From assembly GCF_964355755.1 (NCBI RefSeq), contig NC_092671.1, forward strand, positions 14,508,001 through 14,572,000: a stretch of 64,000 nt of DNA, written 5' to 3'. The translations under genes and the position numbers were made by a program. Within the stretch, counting starts at the first letter, position 1, and the number at the start of each line of letters is the position of its first letter. A model generated the notes under the pieces. That model searched no databases. It saw only the letters and a program-made list of their open reading frames with translations, and was not told where the DNA came from. This document shows positions 1 through 13,519 of the stretch, one piece after another. This DNA is from Antedon mediterranea. Lineage: Eukaryota; Animalia; Echinodermata.

Positions 1-1152
1 AAGAAGGCTTGATCCCGATAAAGGAGGACTTGTGTTACATGTTACTTATTTTTTCTTTTGGATTTATTATTAAAAATTATATAGCAATTAATTATTAAAC
101 ACAATTGCCAGCTACACTACAATATCTAGAATACGACTAAATACAATTACAATACAATTGATACTGCACCTAATCCTATATAAGATTAGCATGTAGTTTG
201 GGCAATGACTATGTCAGATACTAAAACCATACCATAGTGGTACAGAAAAAAAAATTTTTAAAACATTACGATTGTACAATATTCTACGTTTGAATTCAAA
301 AGATTCAAATTTGCTTTTTCGAATGTTGCATTTAAAGGTGAATCGTAAATCTGTTCATTAATTCATAACATCAGAGAAAGTTGTAATACCAATCAAATCT
401 ATTCAAATACAACAATCACTAATGTTCATCATGGGACTCGTAGTCCAGTAAAAATCGCAGGAGAGATCTTACTAAACATCGTTCATAAATTCAACATGTC
501 AAAACTCAGCTAGAACACTTACATGAGAACAAAAACTTGGAACATGCAGAATATTTAATGGGTGGGTTTAGTTGAGATTTTAACAATGTCATTACATTTG
601 ACAGGGTGGTGTGAATGTAGTTACACTTGTATTCTTTTACTACCGATTGTAGCCTATCGGATATGAATAACAACGCGAAGACATGACTTGGCCGAAATCT
701 CAATCAAGAAGCATGATATTTAGCTGAAGAGTTAGATTAAGATTAGATGGAAGTGAAAGAGTAGTGAATTGAGGCATGCTGAAGGATTAACCATACCTCC
801 CATTATGTCTCTTTGGATTTTATCTCATCTTTAGCAGTATTATTCCTTATTATCATGACAGACATGTGTCACTGTTTATATATTGTCTTTTGATATATAC
901 TATTCAAACTTTTAAGTACAATAAAAATGTATTATATTTGAAAAGGCCAAATGCATATTGCATTACCAAGAAAATAGACAAGTTAATGCTACTGTTTTGT
1001 TGTGTGGTATGATTTGATATAAAACATGTTTTTTAAATTTTCTTTTTCCACTGAGAATAGGGACTTGTATTGAAGGTTTCGTTTTGATTTTTTTTAAATG
1101 TCCTCTATATTTTCACTTTTTGTGAATCTAATAATAAATCCATATTTTTCAG

Positions 1153-4100
1153 GCTACGTTTGCGGAAGAAAAGTTGGAAGAATCCAGCCGCTGTGTATGT
1201 GGACACTCAAGTATACGATGAAGATATACCCATATTTAGCAATTGGGAGTTGTTTGTGGAAATCTTACAAGGTGAGACTATCTAATATACTTACTGTCAG
1301 TAGATTACAGTAATTTAAATATAAGTTTAGTCTCTACCAACATATCAAAAATGTATTGTATTGATGGGTTTACCACATTAGGGTTTGGAGAGCCACTAAA
1401 CAGTGTTTGTTTACGCTTTTGGTAATCCTGCTAACCTTTGTGAAGAGTAATCCTTTTATTAATAGCTAAATACTGTTTTCCCGTAATTAATTATATACAT
1501 ATTAATGTATGGCAAAATAAATGATAATAATTAATTATATTAAAGAAATGATTTCAACAATATAATAAGCAGTCAATATATTAGAAAAAAGGATATAATA
1601 GATTCTGTAACTATTTACAGCCCTAGTAAAAATGACTGTCAGTTCATTTTTTGAAGAAGTACATGTTTGTTTCAATTAGAGATTAACAAATATAAACTAT
1701 TGATTACTATCATTGTGATTATGACACACATATCATACATGTCAGTGTTAATACTAAGGTCTTAATATCAATGATGACATCTCCTCAAATCCTATCTACC
1801 CACTAGCTTCACTCTTTTATTTTCTTCTTAGAACCAGAAAAGGTTGAGTCATCTGGACAACTTGTTTTATTTGTAAGAAGATGGCTTCCTTCACAATTCA
1901 AGCTGGAGCCATTTCAGGAAGTGATTTTAGACGATTGTACAGTCGTGGAGCTAAGGAAGCAGGCAAGTCTTCTTTAATTATATCTACGAGATTTTCATTT
2001 TTGTAAATTCGATATGTCGTCTTTGGTCATGGCTTCATTTCCTACCATGTTTTACCAAAAAGCGTTTAAAACTGACTCTAATTAGGGCGTAATTGGAAGT
2101 AACTGAAATGAAGTTAGGCTATGTTTTTTCTTCTTGTGTATCTAGTATTGATTGACTTTAAATTATGTATTTATAGAAGATATCAGTAAATCTCTATGAA
2201 ATGTTGATATATAAATAAATAAATTGTACTATATTTGATTCACTTGACAGATTGGTGTTATTAGTGGTATATCTACTGATTGTATAGACTTTGCAAAAGG
2301 ACGTGGTGCATTTCCCTCCGAGATATCCCTCCTAGAAATGCAGACGGATTTGGAGTGGAATCCACATGTCACGACACTCAACTCTTGGCCTCTGTACATC
2401 ACCGATGATGGTGCTGTTATATATTACAGGTAAGTCTTGCCTTTCAAACAATATAAAAATGATTTTATTTATTTCCAGATATTTTTTTTAAATTTTAAAT
2501 AATTTGTTTATTGTTTTGCTTTATTTTCTATAGTATCTATCTAATCTGCTTCCTCCAAAATAAATATTAAAAGATTAAGGATTTGTAAAATGTGAGATGA
2601 TTGTGCAAACGTGTCGAAAGTTCCTTAACCTTTCATATATTGACACCATCAGTTCAGAGAATTACATCCTTCTATTGGGGTCATTAAACTGATATTAAAT
2701 TTAAATTAAATCTTAGTCAAATCTATACATAATATACAAATCATTATATATATATATTATTTTGTGATTGGATGAAAGAGCTTCAGATGATTAAATGTAT
2801 TTTCAACTGTTTCAGGATATTGCCATTAACTAGTATAATAACTTTAAATATTGTAGCAAGAAATACTCATCCCAAATTAAGTTATATTTATAAACAGGGG
2901 TCAAATTAAATTGACCTACTTTACTTTGTAGTCATGATTTTCATATTCTTATTATTTGTTTGGAATTTTATTTCAACCATTATGTTTTATTTACATTTTT
3001 AAGTGTGTTTTGTTAATTACGAACCCCCTTAAATGTTTTTTATATGTTACTTTTATAGGATTATTAATAGTGATTTATTCCCTGTGAGAAATGACCCTCA
3101 GGACATATCCGGTTGTATCAACTTCTATTCGCGTCCCATGTCTCTGCTTTTCTTTACTTGTCTACAGAGAGGGGTTCATGCTGCATCAACTCCTTACTTC
3201 CCCTTTCTCTACTCCTCTTCTAATTATTCTGACAGTGCTTGTTCAAACTATAATTGATTAATTTTATTTTATAGATCAAATCAAATTTAAAATTAGATCA
3301 TTCTACTTATCAGCTAAGAGCGATGTATTCCCATGATCAAAATTAAAATAATAAATGTAATAAATGCTTTATGTTTAAACATGTTTTGTAGTGTTTCAAT
3401 TATTTTCAAAGAAAACTGATCAGGTCAGCTAATCTCACACAGATTATTTTTCCTATTATGAAAAATACCAACAAAAGATACTTTCTAACTAAAAAAAAAT
3501 GTTTAATCTTGGTGCATACTGCTTATTCAGTGGAAACCAGATATCAGTAAGAAAAAAAATACCTAATATGAATGGATTATTTTTTTTAATTAGGGATAGT
3601 AAAGAGGAACTCATTGATCTAACAGAGGAACAGAAGAAAGAAATTCGCAAAAAAGAAAATGCCAGGTATTGAAATTACTATGATAATATTGGTTGGTTGT
3701 ACTTTTTATAATCCAAATATACATAATATAGTTACTTAGAAGTATTCAAGTATTTTTACTATTATATTAATTATAATATTCACTCGTATTAAATTGTTTT
3801 TCATTGATAAAATCCTACACTAGACATAATATATGAACTAAAAAAAATTAAATTATAAAACAAATACATTTATAATTTAATTCTGAATTGTTTTGAAAAA
3901 TAAAATTATTGTAAACCCATTCAATAGATAACCAAATATAGAGCATAATTTTAATATGGTATACGGTATCATATAAATACAATGTAAAGTCATGAGGGAT
4001 AGATAAATATGAGCCATTGTAACATGAAATAGATTATAGGCCAAACGTTGTACTTCAGCTGATATCTTTATCTTCGATACTGACAATAATAAGCCTTATA

Positions 4101-4634
4101 CGTGAGCATGGTTTCCTGTCAAAAATATATGTTGCTTTCTAAGCAATGTAGCAACAAAATGTGTCATGCAAAATTGTTTTCAAAATGATTTTTTTTGTCA
4201 TTGGCCAAAAAATTCCTTTTATGAAAAGGGTTTTACATCATGAAGTGCTAACTAGAGTGAGCACGACTTCAAACAGACTTTTTGGTTGGACACTTGATGG
4301 TTCTTCTCTATGGCATTTACTTAATGAGCTTTGTTGGAGTTGTATAATATCCCTGATTTAGTATAGCACATTTCATGAGTGTAGCTAGGTGGGCTGCATT
4401 ATAACTACACAATGTGAAACTTTAAAAAGTTGGCATCCCTATTGCCTCAACCATTACATTTGTAGCCAAGTTAGGCATCTGTATCAGACCAAACTTCCTT
4501 TTATTTTATTCTAATTGATCATTTGTGACATTAAATCCTTTTTCAGGCTTAACAGGACAGGTCACAAAATTATCTATTCACCTCGCAAGGAAAGAGCTTT
4601 GAAAATTTATACGGATATTCCATCGTCGCCATGA
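1153..4634 (+). CDS. USP47: Ubiquitin carboxyl-terminal hydrolase 47, last five coding exons (5' part lies outside the window)
   Basis: Exons 1153-1271, 1832-1962, 2251-2429, 3594-3665 and 4547-4634 (TGA) join in frame. They give [17 protein letters not shown]...[18 protein letters not shown]...[25 protein letters not shown]...[16 protein letters not shown]...[12 protein letters not shown], which matches the recalled USP47 C-terminus. The intron after 1962 has a GC donor. Confidence 0.93.
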
Positions 4635-5708
4635 ATCCGTCATTAACAAGGACATGTTGATATCCCACAATATTGACATTTTGTAGAAGGACAGCAAATC
4701 AACTATCCACATCTCGGGATGTTGATAGTTTTATGTAAAAGTCAACTTTCAACATCCCAGGATGTTGCTATGTTATACAATTGTTGTAACCTTGTTATTC
4801 AAAGATGTCAGTGGAGGACATTTTAAGAACTCTGCTTGATAACTCCCGACATCAAATCAACAGTTTCCATCGCAGGATGTTGCCATTTTCATTTATGGTA
4901 ATAATGATAAACTTATATAAAACTTGTTATTCAAAGTTGTCAGTTCAGGAAATCTAAAGAACACGGTTCGATAACTCATCATGTCAGTAAAATTAGTATA
5001 ATGATGATGTTGATCAATTGATTTTAAGGTTTTGACAGTTATTTGCTTTCTTGGAATACTGCAGATGACCTTTTTTGCAATAACCGAGAAATTCAGTGTA
5101 CCTTGCACATTTTAGTTACACCATTATTAAGGAGGGTATAATTATTGCTTAAGTTAAGCCTTGCCTAACCCAGCTACCTGTACTTTTATCTTAAGCATTG
5201 TGTTTTGTCAACTTACATGAGTATGTAAGCAACTATATTGCTTAGAGTTATTGAAAAATCCGGAACTGGCTTAAGATGATTTTTTTTGCTAAGGAATTAA
5301 AAAAAATCTGGTCAGTTTTTAAATTATGCAAATAAACACCATCATCATTTCTTACATGGAAATGTTTAACAATCGTAGTATAGTAATAACTTTATTTCAA
5401 ACCAGTCGTGAAATGAATTTTCAAAACAAGTTTTTGACAGAAATATATTATATTAGGATTTTTCTTTAATGTGTCACAGTATTTACACTTTATGTAATTT
5501 CATAATTTGTTATAATACATTGAACTTTGTATTCAATATAATCATTTTATTACTAAATTTCTTTTCAATTCGAGAAGATATACAGTATAATTCTGGAAGA
5601 TCCCTATATACACGGTTGTCTTTGGCATGTGTTGTGGTAGTACAGTCGATTAATTTAAATCACTTTAATGTAAGACCCATAATGTAACAGTACAGCTAAT
5701 TTTTATTC

Positions 5709-5714
5709 AATAAA
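5709..5714 (+). terminator. Candidate polyadenylation signal of USP47
   Basis: AATAAA about 1.1 kb after the stop codon, followed by GT-rich sequence. Other AATAAA sites are possible. Confidence 0.4.
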
Positions 5715-5783
5715 TATTCAATAATCATTGAGTACATGTTTGTCTATTGTGTGTACATCAAATCCATCTTACTTTTTTCAAAC

Positions 5784-5926
5784 TACTGTAAAACCAATCA
5801 TTGTGACACACCTAATAAGGGGACACTTTCCTGTTAAATGAACAAGGGTCACTACTATCAACCCCTATTTAGGGGACACCACATTAAGGGATCCTGAATG
5901 TATCCCCTTAATAGGGGTTCTACTGC
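5784..5926. mobile_element. Degenerate MITE, Tc1/mariner-pogo-like
   Basis: Ends tactgtaaaacc...ggttctactg form an imperfect inverted repeat. Internal repeats of aggggacac / cccttaatagggg. Confidence 0.45.
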
Positions 5927-6410
5927 ATGTAAATTTTGCTTTTGATGATCCCTAACCCTTTTGTGACATAATCCAAATAACATAATACTGTAATAACATA
6001 TGAGCAACAAGACCACAAGCCAATGTAAGAATTGAAGAAAATATATTTTGTAGTTCAGTAAAAATGTTGTGTATTTCCTTGTATGTATAAATCAAGCGGA
6101 GTACAATAAATTTGACAGTTGTTGCGGTAACTGTTAAATATGTCTCAACATTGCGTTCTGTTCAATATAAATCCTGGTTTAGGCAGGACTTTCATACATT
6201 CTGATTTTAACCTAGTAATCACAAGACTGACATCGTTAATAGAAATCATAAATGTAAATTCATTAGTAGAACTTGTATATAGGGTACACATTTGAGACCC
6301 AACATAATGTCCCTTTAATATGAGTACTGTATCCTAGTTTCCTACTGAAACAAAGATGCAATGCAATGCAATGAATCAAATGGTAATATTGTTATTATAA
6401 TATAATGGTA

Positions 6411-6550
6411 AGCTCTGTCTACACCATTAAACTATAGTTTGACAAAAAAGTGTGATGTGCCCAAATATGGTAGTGATATGACATCATTGTGTCTATATAT
6501 GGGCACATCACATTTTTTTGTCACATAAAGTTTGGCAATATAGACAAAGA
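6411..6550. mobile_element. MITE family 1, copy 1 (~140 bp)
   Basis: TIR agctctgtctacac...tagacaaagat with an inner inverted repeat tgtgatgtgccca/tgggcacatcaca. The same element occurs at 34.9, 37.9 and 57.5 kb. Confidence 0.8.
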
Positions 6551-8118
6551 TAGATTTAGACTATTATATTAAATTGGACAAAAATTAATACTGTATGACA
6601 AAACATTGAATTCACTAAATGTTTAATGCATCTTCAAATATTCAAAGTTATCAGTACAGGAAAATGTTATATCATCTGCGATATTAAATTATGTCCTCAT
6701 AACATCAATTTGAAAGAAAATATTTTAGCCAACTACATTGGATTAGAGTGGCGCCTAGAAATTGGAAACAATTATTCTGCTTGTCGACACTTCTCCCAAT
6801 TTTAACAACTTGTATTAGTGATTTAACAGTTAATAAAGTTACAAACTTTACTTATGAAGGTTATTTTAATGACACAACGAAGAACCGACTGGGGATTTCT
6901 CTAAAGCTGGGCACTGTGTTTCCGTTAACAAAACGCGAGTAACGGATCAGGGGAGAGAGCCAGAGGAAGGGGCAATGTGGCATATCATGACTGGACATAT
7001 GGGTTTTATTTAGGCAAATTGCTACGATATTATTACTTTAACGATCAGGTAGAACTTCCAGTCAAGTGCAGTTCTCCTGTCCATCTGTTTTTAAGTTGCA
7101 AGTTGTCGAAGCTTATTAAGAACAGCACACTTTGTAAGTAAACAACATAAGCTTGCTAAAAAAATCACCAAAACTTACTACTCAAAATATGTGCTTTATA
7201 GAATGTTCAATGTAAATATCCCATATTTATTTTTTAATGCCTCACTATTAAAAAATTCCCCATTAATCATTGTTTAAAGAAAAAATATAAATATAATTTT
7301 TTATGTGGAATCAATTTTATTTAAATGTCTAGGATTGAGGTTAATTTAATCATGTAGGGTTTTTCCTCCATGATTTAATTCAAATATAATATAAGAAATA
7401 CAATATTTCTAAACACACAGCATGTTTCAGATTTCATAGTCTATAAATTCTGCATCCATGCAATATCAACACATTAAACAGGGAATCAAATGCATTCATT
7501 GTACACATGGTAAAGGAAACATAGTAACAGTTTACTATGAGGCCCTGTAAGATGATGTCACGTTAACATGACTTGTTGGTTGATGAAGCTGCACCCAGTT
7601 GGTCTTATTAAATTCTCCCAAGTATTCCGATTTGTATGATTGTAGCAAAGCAATTTTGTCATTTACAATAAATTTAAGCTGTAAATGTCCATTTTAGGTC
7701 ATATAAGTACTGTAGGCACATGTCAACTTGCAACATGAATCTTATGTTTCTCTGTTCCTGTTATTCTATAATGGTTCCAATTTCTTGCAATGGACTAACA
7801 AAACAAGTTAATTAAATAAAGTTCCAATTAATTGTTCTATCTTGAATCAATTTATACAAAAATCAAATGTTACCACTGAAATCTCAGAATGAAATTGCCC
7901 TAATAGCTGAACAAAAATGAAGAGAAGATGGCCTCATAATTAATAAAAACACTTAAAAAGAACCCACTATAAACTATATACACTACTCTACACAGATATA
8001 GCATGACATCTACAACTCTATTTACTCCAAAATAAAGATATGGACGGTACAGTATCTTAATCTTTTAATCTATTTAATCTTTTTGACTAACATGTATGTA
8101 AAATGAGAGTCACTCAAA

Positions 8119-8142
8119 ATATATATATATATATATATATAT
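8119..8142. repeat. (AT)n microsatellite
   Basis: About 12 AT units, immediately before the hammerhead-containing repeat. Confidence 0.85.
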
Positions 8143-8163
8143 AAATGCTGACGTTATCCAAAT

Positions 8164-8336
8164 TCACTTGTACTGATGAAGGGCTAGTGTTGCCTGAAAG
8201 CTCTGCTAACTTTTCTGGCTGTTTTACTTTATTGTTTTGATTTAGCTTTTCGCTTTTTTTTTGTATCTTCATTGAGATCTAGCCACTGATACCCACAGCA
8301 TTGTAATTTTTTTAGTAATTTGCCTTTGGATTTATA
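8164..8336 (+). mobile_element. Dispersed ~170-bp repeat with a minimal hammerhead-ribozyme motif (Penelope-like pLTR or retrozyme-like fragment)
   Basis: Near-identical to 43521-43677. Contains CTGATGA-A-GGGC-tagtgtt-GCCT-GAAA-GC-TC at 8173-8203. Confidence 0.6.
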
Positions 8337-9149
8337 TATATTAATGCAGTAATCCATTTGTTTGTGTCATTTATTTATCATCCTATGTGTCAAACCAGTT
8401 TCACCATGCTTAAACTAAATCCAATACAATAGTAGCAATTAAAACCAGTTAGTTTCAGAAATGGTCATCTGTGAATATAGTCGCATAAAAAAATATGCAC
8501 TCATCTTCAATCCCCAATTTATCACAACACCAGCATACTAACATTGAACATAGAAATAACCGTCAAATACACAAACTTTTGTCAGTATAATTAGCTTCAA
8601 AAGATAAGCAGATGGAGTTGGGTCATAGGTAAGGTCACAGACGTATTGAAAATACGAAAAAGAAACTTAAAATAAATACCTAGATCAATGAACTTAAGCG
8701 GAGGGAGTAGAATCAAACCCGGTAGGAAATCAACATGTTACTTTTTGTGACCTATTCACCCTTTGTTGAAACATTTATGAGCGTTATTTTACGATACATA
8801 TTTATTATGTTTTTGTTCAAAATGACCGATCATTTTTATTGAAAATACTGTATAATCATATTTTTTTTCAAACCTTTTTTTTTTCAAAAGGCGAAATTAC
8901 TGCTGTTCAATGTACAGTCAATTTAGTTATGTTGAAACAAATAAACTTTCGATACAGTATCTTTGTGCAATAGATAAAATATCATCACATCGTCACATGA
9001 TCGAGTCGTCCATATGAAAATTAAAAACATAATATACCTAGTATTGTAGGTCCTAATTTTGTAGTTAAAACTGTTACAGAGAGTAATCAATCTTATTGGC
9101 TTAAATACTAGTAACTAAATAATATAACTATACCTTTCTTGTTAATTCA

Positions 9150-9850
9150 ATTCCTAGAAAGGCTTAACTATAGGTCTCATAGGCCTATATCCAGATTATT
9201 ATTTAGTGACTAGCTATAGGTAGGGTCTAGAGGCTGTCCTTAAAGCCTAAAAGCATGGAGCTATACATTTTATAGCTCCATGCTAAAATTAAACAAACTA
9301 CACTCTAGGAGTAGGCCTGAAATATAGACTAGAGACCTAAGAGGGCCTACCTTCCTATATGCCTAGACTAGTTTAGCTCTAGACTGGAGTAGTAAGGCCT
9401 ATCTATAGTATTAGTTACTGCACTAACTAGCCTTGGCCTCCTAGTAATAATAGGCCTAGCTCTAGCTAGTCCAATTTCAAGGCCTTAGTTATTAGTAATA
9501 TACATACAGGCCTACCTAGTTTAGGCCTAGTTGTAACCTATCCTAGTACAGTAATATATTTCCACCACTCCATCATCATGCATGCACACCACAAAGGCCT
9601 AGGGCCTAGTCTACAGTAAGTAGGCTACCTAGCTTAGTACATGGAGTAAACTATATATAGCCTAGCCAGATAAAGAGAGGGTAGGGCCTACTAGGGCCTA
9701 GCTAGTCAAGGGCCTCTTAGGCTAGTCCTCTCCTAGCTAGTTATTTAGGCTATTTATATATACATATGGTAGCCTTGATAGATAGATAGATGGGGGATGC
9801 AGCAACGAAAATTATAATATGCCAAGGACCAGGTCCTAGACTCCTAGCCT
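9150..9850. other. CTAG/AGGCCT-rich low-complexity island
   Basis: Dense, non-tandem occurrences of ctag, aggcct and tagcta, far above the flanking density. Confidence 0.7.
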
Positions 9851-12800
9851 CTCTCCACACCAAACAACCCGCATGGTGGTGCTGCAAGTATGCTTCTGCT
9901 CTTCATTGACTTCCCTTTTTTTTGCGCTCTTCACCACCGCCGTATGGTGTATCATCACATGCAACTCCTCTTTCTGTGATTGGTTGTCCTACAGACCAAT
10001 TAAATCGCTGTAAATATAGTCTATTTATGAATAAATTAAAATAAGTACTAGGCCTACTACTGTAGCTCGTACTTATTTCCATGGTATATTAACTATTTTG
10101 ACTCCCTTCATTGTTGTTTTTATGTTGTTTTTGATAGAAAATTCGCCTACGATAACGTACAAAAGAGGGTTGTAAAACTTTAAATTTAAAACATTGGATT
10201 GGATAAACTTATTTAAATAATAGTTATAGACCCACTCCATCATCACTTCTGCTTCACTCACTTTAGAAGCCATGGAAAGTTTGCGTTAACATCACATTGA
10301 TGCGCGAGGCCCAGGATACACTGCTGCTAATAGTATATTTCGCATCATAATATATGAAGTAGGACGAGTTTAGAGTAATGTTTAAACTTTGGTCATTGTT
10401 ATTCAAAAGAAGTTTATTTTAACAGAAAAACTTTGAAACAAATATGAAGTAGGCCTATTACATGCACATTTGGATGATTTGAACTTTACCAGACACATTT
10501 TAAGTTAAATTAGCTTGGTCATGATTCAACACCTGACCCTTTCATAATCCCCTTACCCACAACACCCCCAGTTTCAGCAAATATATCACGTTTAGGTGTT
10601 TGATGGAATAGACCTAGCTTAAACGGATCAATTCGATATCTTTGCTTCGTGTCTCATAAAATGCAGACACATATTTCATTAATTCCAGTTCTTCCTAAAA
10701 ATTATGATTTTGCTAATCCACTTGAACACTTGGCGTATAGAACATTATTAAAGTACAAAATACAGTTTTATCAAATGACTTTGTTACATGTCTCCTAATT
10801 ATAATACAGCCTCATACAGCGAAATACAGCCTCATACAGCGAGATACTGCTGGTGGACATCGATACAGATCCTTCGTTTACAGATTCACTATTTGATCAA
10901 AATGAGTTTCTTGATTTAATTTCGAATGCCATATCGAGTCCTTCATAGAATCAAAAGCTTGGTCGTTTGGTAACAATCAAACAAAACCAACCTAATAATT
11001 ACACATAATATCATGTGGTACTTACTACATTATACATCCTAAAATATTTGTTTTTACAAAAAGGTCGTCGCTACGAAAACGAATAATCTTACAATATAGT
11101 ACACACTAACAAGAACAACAACGATTACCTTACTTATCACAGTATAATCACACGATTTAACATATAGTAATATAAAATAACAAAGATTATACATATAAAT
11201 ATATAATTATAATGTTTTACATAAATATACAACATAAACTTTATATAAAGTTAAGTATCTTACATATCTTGTAGAAAACTATCGACCTTTTTGTGGTCAA
11301 ACTTCACTAATATACAATAAATACGATTTATTTCTTAATCTAAAAAAAACCTATATAAGCAACAATGACTTTTGATATATCTGGAATATTAGCATAATGT
11401 ATGCAAGAACACTTTTCTGCTTTCTCTAGTTTTAGATAGCATTTTGTACGCTCTTCTGGGAAAAATTATTAATAATAGGCCGTCAGTTTTCGTTTTAAGT
11501 TTCTCACTGGTAATTCTTTTTCTTTCTGAAACATTTTCAAAGGCATGATAACGCACAAATACCAATACGGTACTATTAAATCTGCAGTTACAACAAATAA
11601 AAACATATATTATATCATTGCTTCGACAATTATAAATAAAGAATACACTCTTGTAAAATGAATTCACTTAATCAAAATAGCACACTGTTTGATATCCACA
11701 CTGCTGGAATACTGTATAGGAGGGCGCCTACATTTTCTTGTAGGTTTAATATTAGGGATTTAATGAAATTGTTACAATGTTACACCTGCTGTCCCATGGT
11801 TGAATGTCGAGTTTTAACCCAAACACAATCTATTTGAGTTGAAGTGCCTTTGAAATAATTACCAAGGCAGGTATGGCGTTATCTAATTATTAACATTACG
11901 GTTTATGAATACGATCGGTGTGTTATCGTGGAGGTCATCAACAGAGTACACTAAGGGTTAAAAATGTTCTGAGCTGCTATAGCTCCTGATGAGTGAAAAT
12001 ATAATCACGCGACATAGCTATATAGAGTTTAGAAATATTGGCATGATACAGTTTAGCTTACATGACTAAAAATAAAAATTTGATAATAATATGCGAATCC
12101 AAAGGGGTCCAGCCGCTCCCCCATCCCATAAATTGTTGAAATTGCAATGCTAAAAAGATATAAGACATTTGGTAAGTTCAGCCCCTTATTGTACCCAACC
12201 ATCGCATCAACACACCCCGCCAGATTAAAACATCATTGGGACCAATTGGTGCGGTTATGGTCTTAATCAGAATCGATTAAAACAATGAATGTATTTTTAC
12301 AAATATCGAATAGAACGACAGTACTTATTTGGATGTAGGTCGGATATATGAACTCAATAAATACCTGTGGTGGGCTGTGCCCAAAATTCAGTGTTTTGTT
12401 TTTGTCTACTTTTAGGTCTTACCTACATCAAACGTGGTGTAATGTAGTAAAAGTACTAAACAATACATAGGCCTATATATCATTTCATCTAATTTACGTT
12501 ATCGAAAAAGATTGTATTAAAAAAAGAAGGGCCGGTATCAATTTAGTTCCTTTCAAAAGCTTCGAGGTACGTCCTCTAAAACAGGTCAGTATCAAAATAT
12601 TCTTACAACTGTCACATTATATGGACCATTAATGATCGAAATTGGTGACCATGGCTCCGGAGTGTCCGATGGACTTTGTTCCGATCATGACGTCATTTTC
12701 CTGTTGAAATATCCTTTATAAATATGTCCAGATTAATCAATATGAAGCAAAACGTGAACAGAGTAGATTATGGATTGAAAACGTTTAGTAATACAACTTG

Positions 12801-13519
12801 AGCCATAAATGGCTCGTGTGGGATATGAACAAATGCGGTTTCTCTTAACTTACACAACGACTCTACTTCTTAATGCCACGCTATAGCAGACGGTTACAAA
12901 GATATTAATGTTAAAAACTCCCAGATGCCTGATCGATAAATTTGCTAATAGATCACAAACGGGCTTAAATTGTGAAGCTGTTTTGTAGAATATGTAAGTG
13001 TATTCTTGAAAGCAAGAACACTTTCAAATTTTTCGTTCACATGATAGATAGTAGTACTGGAAAATACCACACACCCGATGCCAAAAAATGTGAGCGACAT
13101 GACACACCCAATAATGGCATAGAGTCTGCTTTGTTTACTGTACTACTACATATGTATATCTTTGGTTAATCCCCTTTACCAGTTGCGATTTCCAGTAGGC
13201 CTTTCCATGAGTTTGTGCCATATGTAATTGTTTAATAAATAAATGTGGCCTGCTTTCTCAATAATTGCTGTTTCCTCAACCGACCGATTCAATGTTCTGC
13301 CATCTTGTGCGCGCAATGCAGCTTATGTCCGTCGTTTACACAGCCAATTTGTTCTTCCCGGTGTCATCCTATCCACGGTTTTGGTCACACATCAAACCAG
13401 AATAAATATTGATCTATCTCTTATGATTGCGGCGCAAACTACAGCATATCATAATAAATATTTTCTGTGTTATAAAATAGTATAAATCTCGCTCTAATTA
13501 GATAACAAAAAAGATGATC

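Noticed and set aside
10073-10273. 66-aa minus-strand ORF with a good ATG
   Set aside because: No recognisable homology, and its composition resembles AT-rich non-coding DNA. Cannot be supported without expression data.
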